Source: Mobula hypostoma
Lineage: Eukaryota
Assembly: GCF_963921235.1 (NCBI RefSeq)
Contig: NC_086097.1
Location: forward strand, 217,870,001 to 217,934,000
Length of the DNA: 64,000 bases
Reading direction: 5' to 3'
Part shown: one piece after another, positions 51,001-63,198 of the stretch
Layout: the number at the start of each line of letters is the position of its first letter
How positions within the stretch are numbered: the first letter of the stretch is position 1
Notes under the pieces: model-generated
The model's input: the letters and a program-made list of their open reading frames with translations, nothing else
Database searches by the model: none
What the model was told of the DNA's origin: nothing
Position numbers and translations under genes: made by a program

Positions 51001-52222
51001 CAGGAAAGTGGATGAAGGGAAGGCAGTGGATATTGTCTACATGGACTTCAGTAAGGCCTTTGACAAGGTCCCGCATGGGAGGTTAGTTAGGAAAATTCAG
51101 TCGCTAGGTATACATGGAGAGGTGGTAAATTGGATTAGACATTGGCTGAATGGAAGAAGCCAAAGAGTGGTAGTAGAGGATTGCTTCTCAGAGTGGAGGC
51201 CTGTGACTAGTGGTGTGCCACAGGGATCAGTGCTGGGTCCATTGTTGTTTGTCATGTATATCAATGATCTGGATGATAATGTGGTAAATTGGATCAGCAA
51301 GTTTGCTGATGATACAAAGATTGGAGGTGTAGTAGACAGTGAGGAAGGTTTTCAGAGCCTGCAGAGGGACTTGGACCAGCTGGAAAAATGGGCTAAAAAA
51401 TGGCAGATGGAGTTTAATACTGACAAGTGTGAGGTATTACACGTTGGAAGGACAAACCAACGTAGAACATACAGGGTTAATGGTAAGGCACTGAGGAGGT
51501 CAGTGGAACAGAGGGATCTGGGAATATAGATACAAAATTCCCTAAAAGTGTCGTCACAGGTAAATAGGGTCGTAAAGAGAGCTTTTGGTACATGGGCCTT
51601 TATTAATCAAAGTATTGAGTATAAGAGCTGAAATGTTATGATGAGGTTGTATAAGGCATTGGTGAGGCCGAATCTGGAGTATTGTGTTCAGTTTTGGTCA
51701 CCAAGTTACAGGAAGGATATAAATAAAGTTGAAAGAGTGCAGAGAAGGTTTACAAGGCTGTTGCCGGGACTTGAGAAACTCAGTTACAGAGAAAGGTTCA
51801 ATAGGTTGGGACTTTATTCCCTGGAGCGTAGAAGAATGAGGGGAGATTTGATAGAGGTATATAAAATTATGATGGGTATAGATAGAGTTAATGCAAGCAG
51901 GCTTTTTCCACTGAGGCAAGGGGAGAAAAAATCCAGAGGATATGGGTTTAGGGTGAGGGGGGAAAAGTTTAAAGGGAACATTAGGGGGGGCTTCTTCACA
52001 CGGAGAGTAGTGGGAGTATGGAATGAACTGCCAGACGAGGTGGTAAATGCGGGTTCTTTTTTAACATTTAAGAATAAATTGGACAGATACATGGATGGGA
52101 GGTGTATGGAGGGATATGGTCTGTTTGCAGGTCAGTGGGACTAGGCAGAAAATGGTTCGGCACAGCCAAGAAGGGCCAAAAGGCCTGTTTCTGTGCTGTA
52201 GTTTCTGTGGTTTCTATGGTTT
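48010..52222 (+). mobile_element. Young full-length CR1 LINE
   Basis: 5'UTR, ORF1, ORF2, 3'UTR and (GTTTCTATG)n tail are all present. A single reading frame with only two internal stops (51527-51529, 51629-51631). Confidence 0.97.
48278..51529 (+). CDS. CR1 ORF1 (Cys finger, coiled coil, SGNH esterase) fused in frame to ORF2 (APE endonuclease + RT); prematurely terminated
   Basis: CSSC..CKKC; GDSIVRG/GTND/DGLH esterase blocks; YFNARS/SETW/GDFN/SDHN APE motifs; GVPQGSVLGP/FADD RT motifs. The frame continues to 52144 past two nonsense codons. Confidence 0.9.
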   Translation: MPGRMLECSSCRMWEVREPSGVPDNDTCKKCIQLQLLTNRIRELEQEVDDLWIIRENEEIIGSSYREVVTPKEQSTGNWVTVRRGKRKGQAEQGSPVAIPLNNKYTALDSVGGDDLAGTSCSSRISGTGSGSAVQKGVGKKRRVVVIGDSIVRGADRKFCGRDRESRMVCCLPGARVKDVSDRLHDILKWEGDQPDVVVHIGTNDIAKKSEEVLQSEYRELGRKLKSRTSRVVISGLLPVLCASEGRNRMLWRMNKWLRNWCREQGFRFQDNWDLSWGRWDLYKRDGLHLNYRGTNILSGRFVNAIGGGFKLDLQEDGNHSTRADSVAGVKINDVKSSSKSADRKVVSGGKSLLRCIYFNARSIVGKADELRAWIDTWNYDVVAISETWLQEGQDWQLNIPGFRCFRCDRGRGMKGGGVALLVRENITAVLRQDRLEGLFTESLWVELRNRKGMATLVGLYYRPPDSQRELEVQICREIAGNCRKHKVGVVGDFNFPYIDWVSHTVRGLDGLEFVKCIQESFLNQYMEGPTRGDAILDLLLGNELGQVTEVCVGEHFGSSDHNTISFNLIMDKDRSGPRVEVLNWKAAKFEEMRKDPKSVDWDRLFSGMDVIGRWEALKAEILRVQNLYVPVRIKGKLNRNKEPWFSRDIANLIKKKRELYDVYRKQGVNKVLEEYKKCKKILKKEIRRAKRRHEVALGVKVKDNPKSFYRYIKSKRIVRDKIGPLEDQSGRLCAEPKEMGEILNRFFASVFTKETGMKSMELRETSSEIMETVQIEKEEVLAVLRKIKVDKSPGPDRVFPWTLKETSVEIAGALAEIFKMLLSTGEVPGDWRVAHVVPLFKKGSKSNPGNYRPVSLTSVVGKLLEGLLRDRIYKHLDRLGLIRESQHGFVRGRSCLTNLLEFFEEVTRKVDEGKAVDIVYMDFSKAFDKVPHGRLVRKIQSLGIHGEVVNWIRHWLNGRSQRVVVEDCFSEWRPVTSGVPQGSVLGPLLFVMYINDLDDNVVNWISKFADDTKIGGVVDSEEGFQSLQRDLDQLEKWAKKWQMEFNTDKCEVLHVGRTNQRRTYRVNGKALRRSVEQRDLGI

Positions 52223-53589
52223 AAGTGGTCTCCCAATCTATGTTGGGTCTCATTGATATACAAGAGGCCACACCAGGAGCAAGCACTGCATACAGTGTAT
52301 GACCCCAACAGATTCACAGGTGAAGGGTTGCCTCACCTGGAAGGGCTGTTTGGGGCCCTGAATGGTAGTAAGGGAGAAGGTGCAGGGGCAGGTGTTGCAC
52401 TTGTTCCACTTGCAAGGATAAGTGCCGGGAGGGAGAGGAGTTTGGAGGGATGAATGGACAAAGGAGTTGCATAGGGAATGATCCCTGTGGAAAGAAGAAA
52501 GTGTTGGGGGGGTGGGGGCGGAGGAACGATGTGGTTGGTGGTGGGATCCTGTGGAGTAACAGAGAATTATGTGCTGTGGAGGCTAGTGGGGTGATAGATG
52601 AGGACACGAGGAACTCTATCCCTGGTCAGGTGGCAGAAGGATGGGGTGAGGGCAGACATGCGCGAAATGGAAGAGATGTGGTTGAGGGCAGCATTGATGG
52701 TGGAGGGAGGGAAACCCCTTTCTCTCAAGAAGGAGGACATCTCCTTCTTTCTGGAATGCAAAGTTTCATCCTGAGAGCAGATGCGGCAGAGATGGAGGAA
52801 TTGAAAGAAGGTGATGGCATTATTACAATTAACAGGGTGGGAAGGGTGTAGTCCAGGTAGCTGTGAGAGTCAGTGAGGTTATAATAGAAGTCAGTGGATA
52901 AGTTGTCTCCAAGACAGAAATATAGAGAAAAGTGAGCGAGCTGTCAGAAATGGAGCAGGTAAATTTGAGGGCAGGGTGGATGTTGGAGGCAAAGTTGATG
53001 AAGTCGATGAGTTTGGCACGGATGCAGGAAGCAGCACCAATGCAGTCGTTGATATAGCAGAGGAAAATTGGGGGACTGACACCAGTGTAAGCTTGAAACA
53101 TAGACTGTTCCATGTAGCTGACGAAAAGGCAAGCATAGCTTGGACCCATGCGAGCACCCATGGCTACAGCTTTTATTTGAAGAAACTGGGAGTAGCCAGT
53201 AGAGAAATTATTTAGAGTGAAGATGAGTTCCGCTAAGCAGAGGAACTGGTTGAGTCTGGGCGCCAGAAAGAAACGGAGAGCTTTGAGGCCTTCCTGGTGG
53301 GGTATGGAGGTGATAGGGACTGGACATCTATGGTAAAAATAAGATGCTCGGGGCCAGGGAACTTGAAATCATTGGGAAGACCAAGAGCATGTGAAGTGTC
53401 ATGGATGTAGGTAGGAATGGACTGAACCGGCGGGGGGGTTTGGGGGTGGGGGGGGATAAAACTGAGTCGAGATATGCAGATATGAGTTCAGTGGGGCAGG
53501 AACAAGCTGAAACAATGGGTCTTCCTGGACAGGCAGGATTGTTTATCTTGGGTAGGAGGTAGAAATGGGGGGTGCGGGAATCTTGAGGT

Positions 53590-53901
53590 TGAATTCATGG
53601 GTGAGTCTATGACCAGAGAGTACAGCCTGAGAGTAGGGCGACGTCCATTTAGATGAAGAGAAATTTCATTAGAGGTTAGTGAATCTGTGGAATTCATTGC
53701 CATAGACAACTGTGGAGGCCAAATTATTGAGTATATTTAAAGTGGAGGTCGCAAGGTTCTTGATTAGTCACGTTGTCAAAGGTTACGGGTAGAAGGCACG
53801 GTAATGTGATTGAGGGGGATAATAATCAGCTATGATTGGATGGCAGAGCAGACTCACTAGGCTGACTGGCCTAATTCTGCTCCTATGTCTTATCGTCTTA
53901 T
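53590..53901 (+). mobile_element. CR1 3' end fragment
   Basis: VNLWNSLP motif, 3'UTR and (GTCTTAT) tail. Confidence 0.75.
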
Positions 53902-55122
53902 GCCCTTGTGGCCTAATTTCTTTCTTTCAATATTATACCATTGAATTTTTTTTTTGTTCCCCAGATATTGATCATTTCCAGCTTGATTGAGCTACTTTAT
54001 TCCAAAAATTAGATTGGGCATCTGTGCATTTGGTAATATAAATGAGGTTATAGCAGTGATGATTGTTATTACTGACTCCTGGTACAATGGATCTTCATGT
54101 CACAGTGTTGAATTGGGTTACCTGTTCTTGTCTTTTACTGTTATGACCTTCAACTCATTCTCTTCCCTTGTAATACACACAAAATGCTGGAGGAACTCAC
54201 TGGGCCAGGCAACATCTATAGAAAAAAGTAAACAGTTGATGTTTCGGGCCGAGGCCTTTTTTGTGTTTGTCATTCGTTTCTCTTAATGTTCCTGAACCCT
54301 TTGATCTTCTCAATCGACCAATGTACCAAATAAATGCTCCATTTTTGTTTCCTCCATCTCCCAACCACTTCCCCAATTGATAACCTCAGATGCACATTAG
54401 TTCAAGTGCCACTCTGTCTCCCCTATGTGCTTCCATGACAGGCCACTGTCAAATTCCTCTGAACATACCTTAGCCTTGCCATTTCAATGAAAATATGCAA
54501 TGCCTATTTAGCTTCTTTTCATAGGACATTTATGATATCTGTGGCAACACTTTTCCAGCACACATTTTTTGGGTGCATGCGCTTGTACTTTTAGTCCCGG
54601 TTGTGTACATGGTAAAGTAAAACAATGATTGTTGATTATAGAACTGGTAATTTTTTAACATAAATATGCCAGTTTTATTATGCTAATTTTAGAAAATGCC
54701 AAAAATAGCACTGGGTTTGAAGATAATTATTTCACCTATTTGTGGTCACTTAACATTTAAATGTTGTAGTTGCTTATGCCTCTGAAATGTGGCTACACCT
54801 GTGAAATGCAAAAACATGCATGTTTATCTTTTTAAAGTTGTACTTCAAGAGCAAATAAACCTCTGGAGAAAATAGATTGGAAAGGAAGTTTGGCTGGAGA
54901 AGTTGCATTGAAATGGACAAGAAGGCAACATTAAGAGATGAGTTAAGGGGATTTAGTCAGTTCTTAGCATATTCTGAGTGGCTGTTCTAGTGACTAACTA
55001 ACTATGTAACTTGTAAGTAAATGTTACTATGTGATTACGACTTGTTTCTTTGATAGAGACAGTTTGAGGTACTTACAGTTCATAATCTTATAACTTCATT
55101 CATCCCCAATTCCCTCTCCCAG

Positions 55123-55240
55123 ACAAAATCTTCAGAACCACTTGGTGCCACCAATCAAGCAGTTGACTCAACAGCCAATGGAAATAGCCTCCCAATTATT
55201 CAGCCTACAAAACAATATCCACATACCGATAGATCTAAAG
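55123..55240 (+). CDS. CSPP1: CSPP1 second coding exon (poorly conserved linker)
   Basis: Pyrimidine tract plus CAG; open frame TKSSEPLGATNQAVDSTANGNSLPIIQPTKQYPHTDRSK; AAG|GTATGT donor. Phases 0 and 1 exactly bridge the flanking exons. Confidence 0.8.
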
Positions 55241-55677
55241 GTATGTTGATAGCACCCAACAGATAGGTCTACTGTTCCTATTATGCTCAGTACCATTTTG
55301 TGTTGGATTGGTTTATTTTAAATAGGAGGATCAAATGTCCCTTGTCTTTGGTTAATGATACATCTGTTTTATGCACAAATTGTGAAGATTTACTGTTTGA
55401 AAGTCAGCTTGTTTAATTCTTATGCATGATTACATAGAATTAGATTAAAATTACAGCACAGAAACAATATTTGACTCAACTAAAACATGTTAGAGGATGT
55501 TCCCCACATTTCAAATGGTTTATGTTTATGTGCGTTTATTTTATTTACATTTCTCAAATCCACCCATAATGTTATGTCATACCAGATAACTTAAAATCAA
55601 TATTGTATGCAGGCTAATTTGCTCAGACATATCATTAATTTTTAGAAGTTATTTATTTCAAAAACTTCTATTTTTAG

Positions 55678-55781
55678 AAGAAAACTATGGGTTAAGCCTG
55701 CCACTTGGATTAGAATATGATCAAAAGAAGCAGAAATTGAAGGAAGAACTTCGACAAGACTACAGACGCTATATGGCTGAG
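55678..55781 (+). CDS. CSPP1: CSPP1 third coding exon
   Basis: [35 protein letters not shown] matches the conserved CSPP1 block [33 protein letters not shown] acceptor, GTAGAG donor. Confidence 0.93.
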
Positions 55782-56144
55782 GTAGAGCCCTGCAACGAAT
55801 GATTATGTCAGTGCCAATGTGTAACTAGTTATTTTCTCCTCTCCATCTGTTCTGAAAGCGTAATCATTCCTGCTTTTTTGTGGGCACTATTGTTTTTCCC
55901 TTGCCCATTTTAGAAGCTAGATATGAAGTGTTACAGTGTTATTTACTTGGGTGCATGTGGGGAACAAGGAAGAAATTCACAGCTATGTTTGTTATCTCCT
56001 TGTCCATCTGCATGTGCATTCTATCAGTAAATACTGGACTTCTAGAGTAGGAATTCTTTTTTTCTTTTTCACTGTCTTTCTCAGAATGACATCAATTGAT
56101 CGTATAGAATCTCAAATCTTCCATCATTTACCATTGAGCCAATA

Positions 56145-56810
56145 GATTTCAAAAGATGCATTTAATGTCAGAAAAAGTATACAATATACATCATGAAATT
56201 CTTTTTCTTCCCAGAAATCCACAAAAACAGAGGAGTGCCCCAAAGAATGAACAACAGTTAAAACGTTAGATCCCCAAAGCACCACCCAACTCCCCCTCCC
56301 ATGCACAAGCAGCAGCAAGGCAACAACCTCCCCACCCCCACCAGCAAAGAGGGGAGGCAGAACAAACAGCTTGCTGATTTATGATGTTAAAAGTCTGTTG
56401 CGCCACTTTTTTCAAGCTCTGCACCTGGAGAGTCGGCACCAAAAATGCGCAGCTGTCCAGGCACACAACCCCCAGCAGCTAACCCGTTGCTCCCGATGTT
56501 CTGTGTTCTCCTGCAATACTTCAGTCAGGGGCACCAGCCTAGAATCAGCACATCACCACAGCCACGAAATCCCGGAATTCTGAAGGTGTGCTTATCTTCC
56601 AGGCCGCACCCTTATCAAGCGGCTGGTCGTGAGGCCCAGAGAGTGGGTCTCATTCCCTCAAAGAATCGAAGTCAGAGTGTAACTCCAGGTCAGGGTCTTC
56701 AAAAGAACCTCCCACACCCTGAAAAGGGGGAAAAAAAAAGATATCAGAGATAGAAATAAAGCTGTTTCCAAAGATGCAAGCAAAGGAGTCGCTGTTTAGT
56801 GCCATCTTAA
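56145..56810 (-). mobile_element. SINE-like non-autonomous retroelement
   Basis: 5' AAGATGGCACTAAACAGCGACTCC head; 3' region resembles the Rex-type 3'UTR tails elsewhere in the window (GGATGTATATTGTATAC-like, ATTAAA). Confidence 0.5.
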
Positions 56811-56899
56811 CTTCGCATTGCCTTCGTTGACAGAATATACAATATTCTTAATATTCAGTGCTAAATGTTTATGTTTTCATATTTTCCTTACAACGGAAG

Positions 56900-57180
56900 G
56901 AGGCCATTTGGTAATTGAGTCTATACTGGCAATTAGAGCAATTACATCAGTCTTTTCTCCCCCTCCTTTTTTTTTCCTGATAATCAATCCTCACATGCTC
57001 ATCAATTCTGGCTACCCAAGAATACTGGACAGAATTTACAGTGACTAATTAATTTTCCAACTAATACATCTTTGTAATATAAGAGGAAGTTGGAGTACCT
57101 AGTGGGGCGTGGGGAAAGAGGGAGAGTCTATGTTGTCAAAGTGAGAATGTGCAGTCTCCATACACATGGCACCCTAAATC
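56900..57180 (-). mobile_element. Degenerate V-SINE-like element
   Basis: Reverse-strand resemblance to 38502-38762 (TGTAAATT, V-domain remnants). Confidence 0.45.
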
Positions 57181-57647
57181 TTGTGAGTCAGCAGCTCTAC
57201 AAAAATAAGATGGTGCTGGATGAGAGTGCAGTTTACATTATACTAGACCATAGCTCTCTTGATGTTCTGCTTTTGTATTTTCATGTTGGTGCTAGTTGCA
57301 TAGACGCTTCCAGATCCTGTAATGCTACTATAATTAAGTGCTGTTAAATGTAACAGAGCTAGGTAGATAAGAAGGAGGAAAAGTGTCATGATTTGACTGA
57401 CATAGTTGACAAGATGAACGAAATGCAAAAGACAGAAGTGTTAATGGGAAAGAGCAAAAATATAGGAGAGTGACAATGCCATCTATTTGAGATTTTTTTT
57501 TAGTTTAACTTTAGAGATATTAATATTTGTAGCTCCAGGTCTGCATGGAGTCCTAAAAAACATTAGGAATCAATGGCTGAATTGTGTATTCAAAGAAGTG
57601 AATTTTATTGCTTTAAAATTATTGATTCTAGGTCTTTGCTATTGCAG

Positions 57648-57728
57648 AAAAATTCTAGGATTGAAAGGGAGTTGCAGCCAACAGTTGAAAACCTTTCACT
57701 TCCCATTTCTGACAGAAAATCAGCAAAG
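57648..57728 (+). CDS. CSPP1: CSPP1 fourth coding exon
   Basis: CAG acceptor; KNSRIERELQPTVENLSLPISDRKSAK (compare KNF...VSLPIGERLSAK); AAG|GTAAGT donor; 81 nt, phase 0-0. Confidence 0.88.
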
Positions 57729-58599
57729 GTAAGTTTTTAGAGCAAGTTTGTTTAACTTCGTAACTAAATAAATAGATTAAATGAAAATTTCTTTGACATT
57801 AGTTAATACGCCTGAGTTGAAAGTGAGAAGGTTATCAGTTAAACAGTTGTTAGCATGGATGATATAGATATACAAGTATTATATCATCTTCCAAAAATTG
57901 CCTGCAATCCTCAGTTCACCTAACGCTATTTCTGGTAACTTTGCCGATGCTATCAGTCCTCCATGACTTGAATTTGAAATTCTTATATATTTGTTTCAGA
58001 TGCTTTCTTTGCTATCTAATGACTTGGGCTATATTATTTTTATCTTTTTTTTCTTTCTGACTGTGCTGTTAGTAATATGTGTTGCGGTTTGGCCCCGGAG
58101 GAAATCTGTTTTGTTGGGCTATATTCATGTATGGTTGAATGATTATTAAACGAACTTGAAACCCATTACCACATTGAAGATCAATACCTAATTAAGCATC
58201 TAATAAATTCTGGACATAAACTGACTCCAATAATTTCAGTTAATCTCAAATAAAAACTAAAAGTGATGGATATGCTCAGCAGGGTAGCCCACATCTGTGG
58301 GAAGAGATGAGGTGAAACTGAGGTAATCATGAAGATAAACTTTAGTCAGGGCACAGAGTATTAGAATTGTGACCTTATGTTGCAGTTGTGTAAATTGGTG
58401 AGGCTGCACTTGGGGTACTGTGTACAGTTTTGCTCACCTTGTATAGAAAAGATGTGGTTAAACTTGAAAGAGTGCAGAAAAGATTTGAGGATGTAGCCAG
58501 AATTCGAGAACCTGAGTTATAGGGAGAGGTTGGCAAAGCTTGGTATTTGTTACTTGGAATATAAGGGAATGATGAGTGACCTTAAATGTTTAAAATTAT

Positions 58600-60365
58600 G
58601 AGAAGCATAAATAAAACGATAACAGCTAAGTGGTCCCACAACCAACGAATCAGATCTAAGCTCTGTAGTCCTGCCACATCCATCCGTGAATGGTGGTGGA
58701 CAAACAAACAACTCACTGGAGGAGGAGGCTCCACAAATATCCCCATCCTCAGTGATAGAGAGCCCACCACACCTGTGCCAAAGATAAGGCTGAGGCATTT
58801 GAAACAATCTTCAGTCAGATGTGCCGAGTAGATAATCCAGCTCAGACACCTCCAGAAAAACCCAGCATCCCAGATGTCAGTATGCAGCCAATCTGATTCA
58901 CTGCACGTGGTATCAAGAAACGACTGAAAGCACTGGATACTGCGAAGGCTAAGGGCCCAGACAAAATTCTGGCAATAGTCCTGAAGACTTGTGCTCCAGA
59001 ACTTGCCGTGCTACTAGCCAAGCTGTTCCAGTACAGTTACTACACCGGCATTTACCTGGCAATGTGGAAAATTGCCCAGGTATGTTCTGTACACAAGAAA
59101 CAGAACAAATCCAATCCAGCCAATTACTGCCCTATCAGCCTAATCTCAATCCTCAGGAAAGTAATGGAGGGGTCATCGGCAGTGCTATCATGCAGCACCT
59201 ACTCGGCAATAACCTCCTTATGGATGCTCAGTTTGGATTCTGTCAAGGTCACTCAACTCTGACCTGATCACCTCCTTGGTCCAAGCAAGGACCAAAGAGC
59301 TGAATACTGGAGGTGAGAGTGATAGCCCTCGACATCAAGGAAACATTTGACCGAGTATGGCATCCAGGTGCCCTAGCTTAAATGGAGTCAGTGGGAATTA
59401 GGGGGAAAATCCTCCGCTGGTTGGAATCATACCTGACACAGGTTGTGGTAGTTGGAGCTCAATCATCTCATCCTCAGAACAACACTACGGGAGTTCCTTG
59501 GGGAAGTGTCCGAGGACCAACCATCTTCAGTTGCTTCATTACTGACCTTCTGAACTATCATAAGGTCAGAAGTGAAGATGTTTGCAGATGACTGCACAAT
59601 GTTCTGCACCATTCGTGACTCCTCAGATAGTGAAGCAGTTCATACCCAAATCCAGCAGGACCTGGACAGTATCCAGGCTTGGGCTGACAAGTGGCAAGTA
59701 ACATTCAAAACATGCAAGTGCCAGGCAATATCTCTAACAAGAGGGGCTCTAACTATCGCCCCTTGACATTCAGTGGCATCACCATCACCAAATCCCCTAC
59801 TATCAACATCCTGGGGGTTATTATTGACAGGAAACTGAACTGGTTTAGCCATATAAACACTGTGGCTACCAGAGCAGGTCAAAGTCTAGGAATCCTGTGA
59901 CATGTAACTCATTTCTTGACTCCCCAAAGCCTGTCCACCATCTACAAGGCTGAGGTCAGGAGTGTCATGGAATACTCGCCATTTGCCTGGATGAGTGCAG
60001 TTCCATCAACACTCAAAAAGCTTGACACCATCCAGTACAAGGCAGCCCACTTGATTGGTGCTGCTTCCACAAGCATCCAACCCCTCCACCATCAATCAAC
60101 AGTTGCAGCAGTATGTACAATCTACAAGATGCACTGCAACAAAACACCAAAGTTCCTAAGGCAGCACCTTCCAGACCCATGAGCAGTACCATTTAGAAGG
60201 ACAAGAACAGCAGATAACTGAGAACACTATCACTTGGAAATCCTGCTCACCATCCTGACTTGGAAACATATTACCGTTCCTTCATTGTTGTTGTGTCAAA
60301 ATCATGGAATTCCCTCCCTAACAGCAGTGTGGGTATATCTACAACTCGGGAACTGCAGCAGTTCA
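58600..60365 (+). mobile_element. Divergent CR1-group LINE fragment nested in another CR1 fragment (58320-60735)
   Basis: REWWWTNKQLTGGGGSTNIPIL, NPANYCPISLIS, GVPWGSVRGP, MFADDC and YKAEVRSVMEYS. Confidence 0.82.
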
Positions 60366-60954
60366 AGAACACAAAATATTCTGCAGATGCTGGGGTCAAA
60401 GCAACATTCACTACAAGCTGGAGGGACTCAGCAGGTCGGGCAGCATCCATGGAAATAATCAGTCAACGTTTTGGTCCGGGGCGACTAAAACTAGTGAGCA
60501 TAGCTTTAAGGTTAGAGGGGAAAAGATTTAAAAGGGACCTGAGGGGCAGCTTTTTCATACAGACTGTGCTGAGTATATGGAATGAACTGCCAGAAGAAAT
60601 GGTTTAGGCATAATTTAAGAAGTACATGGAGTGGCAGGGTATGGAGGGATATGGCTGAATGCAGAAAAAAAGATTCATTGGTTGGGCATCATGGTTGGCA
60701 TGGACTAATTGGGACAAAGGTCCTGACTCTGTGCAATATATTGTATAAACATAAAAGTGGATATCTGGTAATTGATGGGGGCATTCAGAGAGTAGCACAA
60801 AGAAAAGTAGGATTTGTGAATTGCAAAGTATAAAGATGAACTTAATGAGTCAAGCTGGATTGTTCTGAGCTCACAAAAGGGGGAGGGGAGAGTAATAAAA
60901 AGTGGGAAAATAAATATATAGCTGAATAATTATTGCACATGGATGGTTGATAAC

Positions 60955-61417
60955 TCTGTGGCCAAGTTTGTGGATGATACAAAGATGGGTGAGGGGCAGG
61001 TAGTGTTGAGCAAGCAGGGATACTGCAGAAGGACTTGGACAGATTAGGAAAATGGGCAAAGAAATGAAATATAGCATAGGGAAGTGTATGGTCATGCACT
61101 TTGGTAGAAGGAATAAAGGTGTAGTGTATTTTCTAAATAAGAAGCAAATTCATAATTCAGAGGTGCAAAGTGACCAGAGTCCTAGTGCAGCATTCCCTAA
61201 AGGTTAACTTGAAGGATGGGTTGGTGGTAAGGAAGGCAAATATAAGAATACTAGAATATAAAAGCAAGTATATAATACTTAAGGCTTTATAAAGCATTGA
61301 TGAGGCATCACTTGGAGCATTCTGAGCAGTTTTGGACTCCTTATCTAAGAGAGGTTGTGCTGGCAGAGGTCAGAGCCTCAGAATAAAAGGATTCTGAGAC
61401 TCCTTTAGAACAGAGAT
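60955..61417 (+). mobile_element. CR1 RT fragment, host of the L1 insertion
   Basis: AKFVDDTK, LQKDLDRL and EQFWTPYL remnants. Confidence 0.8.
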
Positions 61418-61575
61418 GGGGAGACTTCCGGTAGCGCTCATGGAGTGAAGTCGCGTTCTTGACTCGCTCCATTACCTCTGAGTTTTTTTTCTCTATGGTC
61501 AGCTATACTTTAATTAACCATTAAGGCATCAACTCTTACAATACTTTGAATTAAACTGAATTCTCCGACAACTGG

Positions 61576-62475
61576 ATGGAACTTAGATCTGCTATGTCTA
61601 AGAACGAGAAAGACGGTAAGGATGGTAAACCTCCGGTTAAACCGAAAGCTACGGATCTCCCTCCGACTGAATCACCGGTGACTTTGAAAGCGATAGCGGA
61701 GTTAATTCAGAGGGAAATCTCAACCTCTGTTAGGGAGATGATTCGTGCGGAAATTGCAGGCCCTGTTAAAGACCTGATTCATACGGAAATCTCAACTAAT
61801 TTCCAGAAAATTGCCGCTTTAATTGATAAGATGCAAACATGTATTGCGGAACATCAGTCGGCTATATCTGATCTTCAAAAATTCGCGCAACAAAGTGAGC
61901 TTAAGATGGGGAAAATCGAAGAAACAATTAATGTAATGAAGAAGAAACTTGACTTTTTGACTTTTAAAAACTCTGACTTGGAATCTAGAATGCGACGGCA
62001 GAATTTACGAATGATTGGCGTGAGGGAAGCCGCTGAAGGTAACAACCCCATGAAATATTTCTCCCAACTTTTAAAAGATGCATTCCCTACTGTATTTCCT
62101 GACCAACCACCGCTACTGGATCGTGTTCACAGAATCCCATCATACTCGTCTAGGTCAGATAGACCTAGGCATGTTATCTTACGTTTTCATTACTTTCAAG
62201 ACAAGGAGAGACTGTTTCGATTCGCTCGATCTAAAGGTTTCATTGATTTTTCGGATCTTAAGTTCCGATTCGTGGAAGATTTCAGTAAACCAATCTGGGA
62301 CCAACGGGTCCGTTACAGATCCGTGATGTCGGAATTCTATAAGAGGGATTTAAGACCAGCGCTGCTGTACCCTGCACGTCTAAGGATTCGCATGGCAGAT
62401 GGAGCCCTTCGTTTTTTTGATTCTCCATCGGATGCCCAGAGTTATCTGGATCAACTTTCATCTCCAACATCTTAA
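61576..62475 (+). CDS. L1 ORF1 protein (coiled coil + RRM + CTD)
   Basis: 299 aa uninterrupted; DLESRMRRQNLRMIGVRE, LDRVHR, PRHVILRF, FVEDFS and LLYPARLRI motifs. Confidence 0.93.
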   Translation: MELRSAMSKNEKDGKDGKPPVKPKATDLPPTESPVTLKAIAELIQREISTSVREMIRAEIAGPVKDLIHTEISTNFQKIAALIDKMQTCIAEHQSAISDLQKFAQQSELKMGKIEETINVMKKKLDFLTFKNSDLESRMRRQNLRMIGVREAAEGNNPMKYFSQLLKDAFPTVFPDQPPLLDRVHRIPSYSSRSDRPRHVILRFHYFQDKERLFRFARSKGFIDFSDLKFRFVEDFSKPIWDQRVRYRSVMSEFYKRDLRPALLYPARLRIRMADGALRFFDSPSDAQSYLDQLSSPTS

Positions 62476-63198
62476 TTGCTTTCTTTTTAATTTTCTCCGT
62501 CGATCGGAGGCTGTGAATTGGTTGGTTTTAACTTTTCTGTGCCCTATTTGGGCAGAAAAGTTTACTTTCGATTTCTTAATATGGCTACTAAACTTTCTTT
62601 TTAACTGCGTCATTTCTTTCTTTTCCCAGGGGATTCTGGGTGGTTACTTCCCTTTTGTCATCTTACGTATTTCCTGTGCGGCCTTAAATTTTGTAGTTTT
62701 TGTTTAAATTTTATTCTGTTTTGCTTTTTATAATCACTTTATGTTAATAATCCTATTTTTTTTTGTTGCTGTGTCTATTCATGAGTTTGAGGTTTATTGT
62801 GGTTTTTTTTTAATATATATTTTCCGGCTTTTGTTCTGTTCTGTGTGTATTCTAATTGAGTTAACTTTTTTTAACTTATTTTTTTACTGTTTTACAGTTA
62901 GCTGATCCTTTTCATATTTATACCTTTTTTTTAGGGAGCGTATACCGGAAGTCATGGGGGTAGTTTTAGCGCTTGCTTCTTTCTGGCGGGTCTGCTTTAG
63001 ATTTTGCCTTGGGGTCTTGGGCTGGGGGGTGGCGGGAGGGGCTTCACGTTTTAGTTTGTTTTTCTTTGGGCTATATACATTATTGAAGTACTGGTTGCGT
63101 CCTTTTCCCCGGTATCTTTTGTATGTTCTGTTTCCTCTCCGGGTTTGTGGGTCGCGCCTATTGTCAATCCTCCTTGTCGTGGGTTGACTTTAGGATTT

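Larger units (their letters stand above)
47390..53585 (-). mobile_element. Penelope-like element (RT + GIY-YIG remnants and terminal repeat), split by a full-length CR1
   Basis: MGARMGPSYACLFV, YINDCIG, HPALKFT and EMSSFLRERGFP. A GIY-YIG-like YINETQHRLGDH..EHLR motif is broken by the CR1. Terminal repeat at 47390-47750. Confidence 0.88.

Noticed and set aside
48278..51529. Domesticated host gene encoding an esterase-endonuclease-RT fusion
   Set aside because: It retains full LINE architecture, is inserted in another TE, and has two nonsense mutations in the ORF2 C-terminus.
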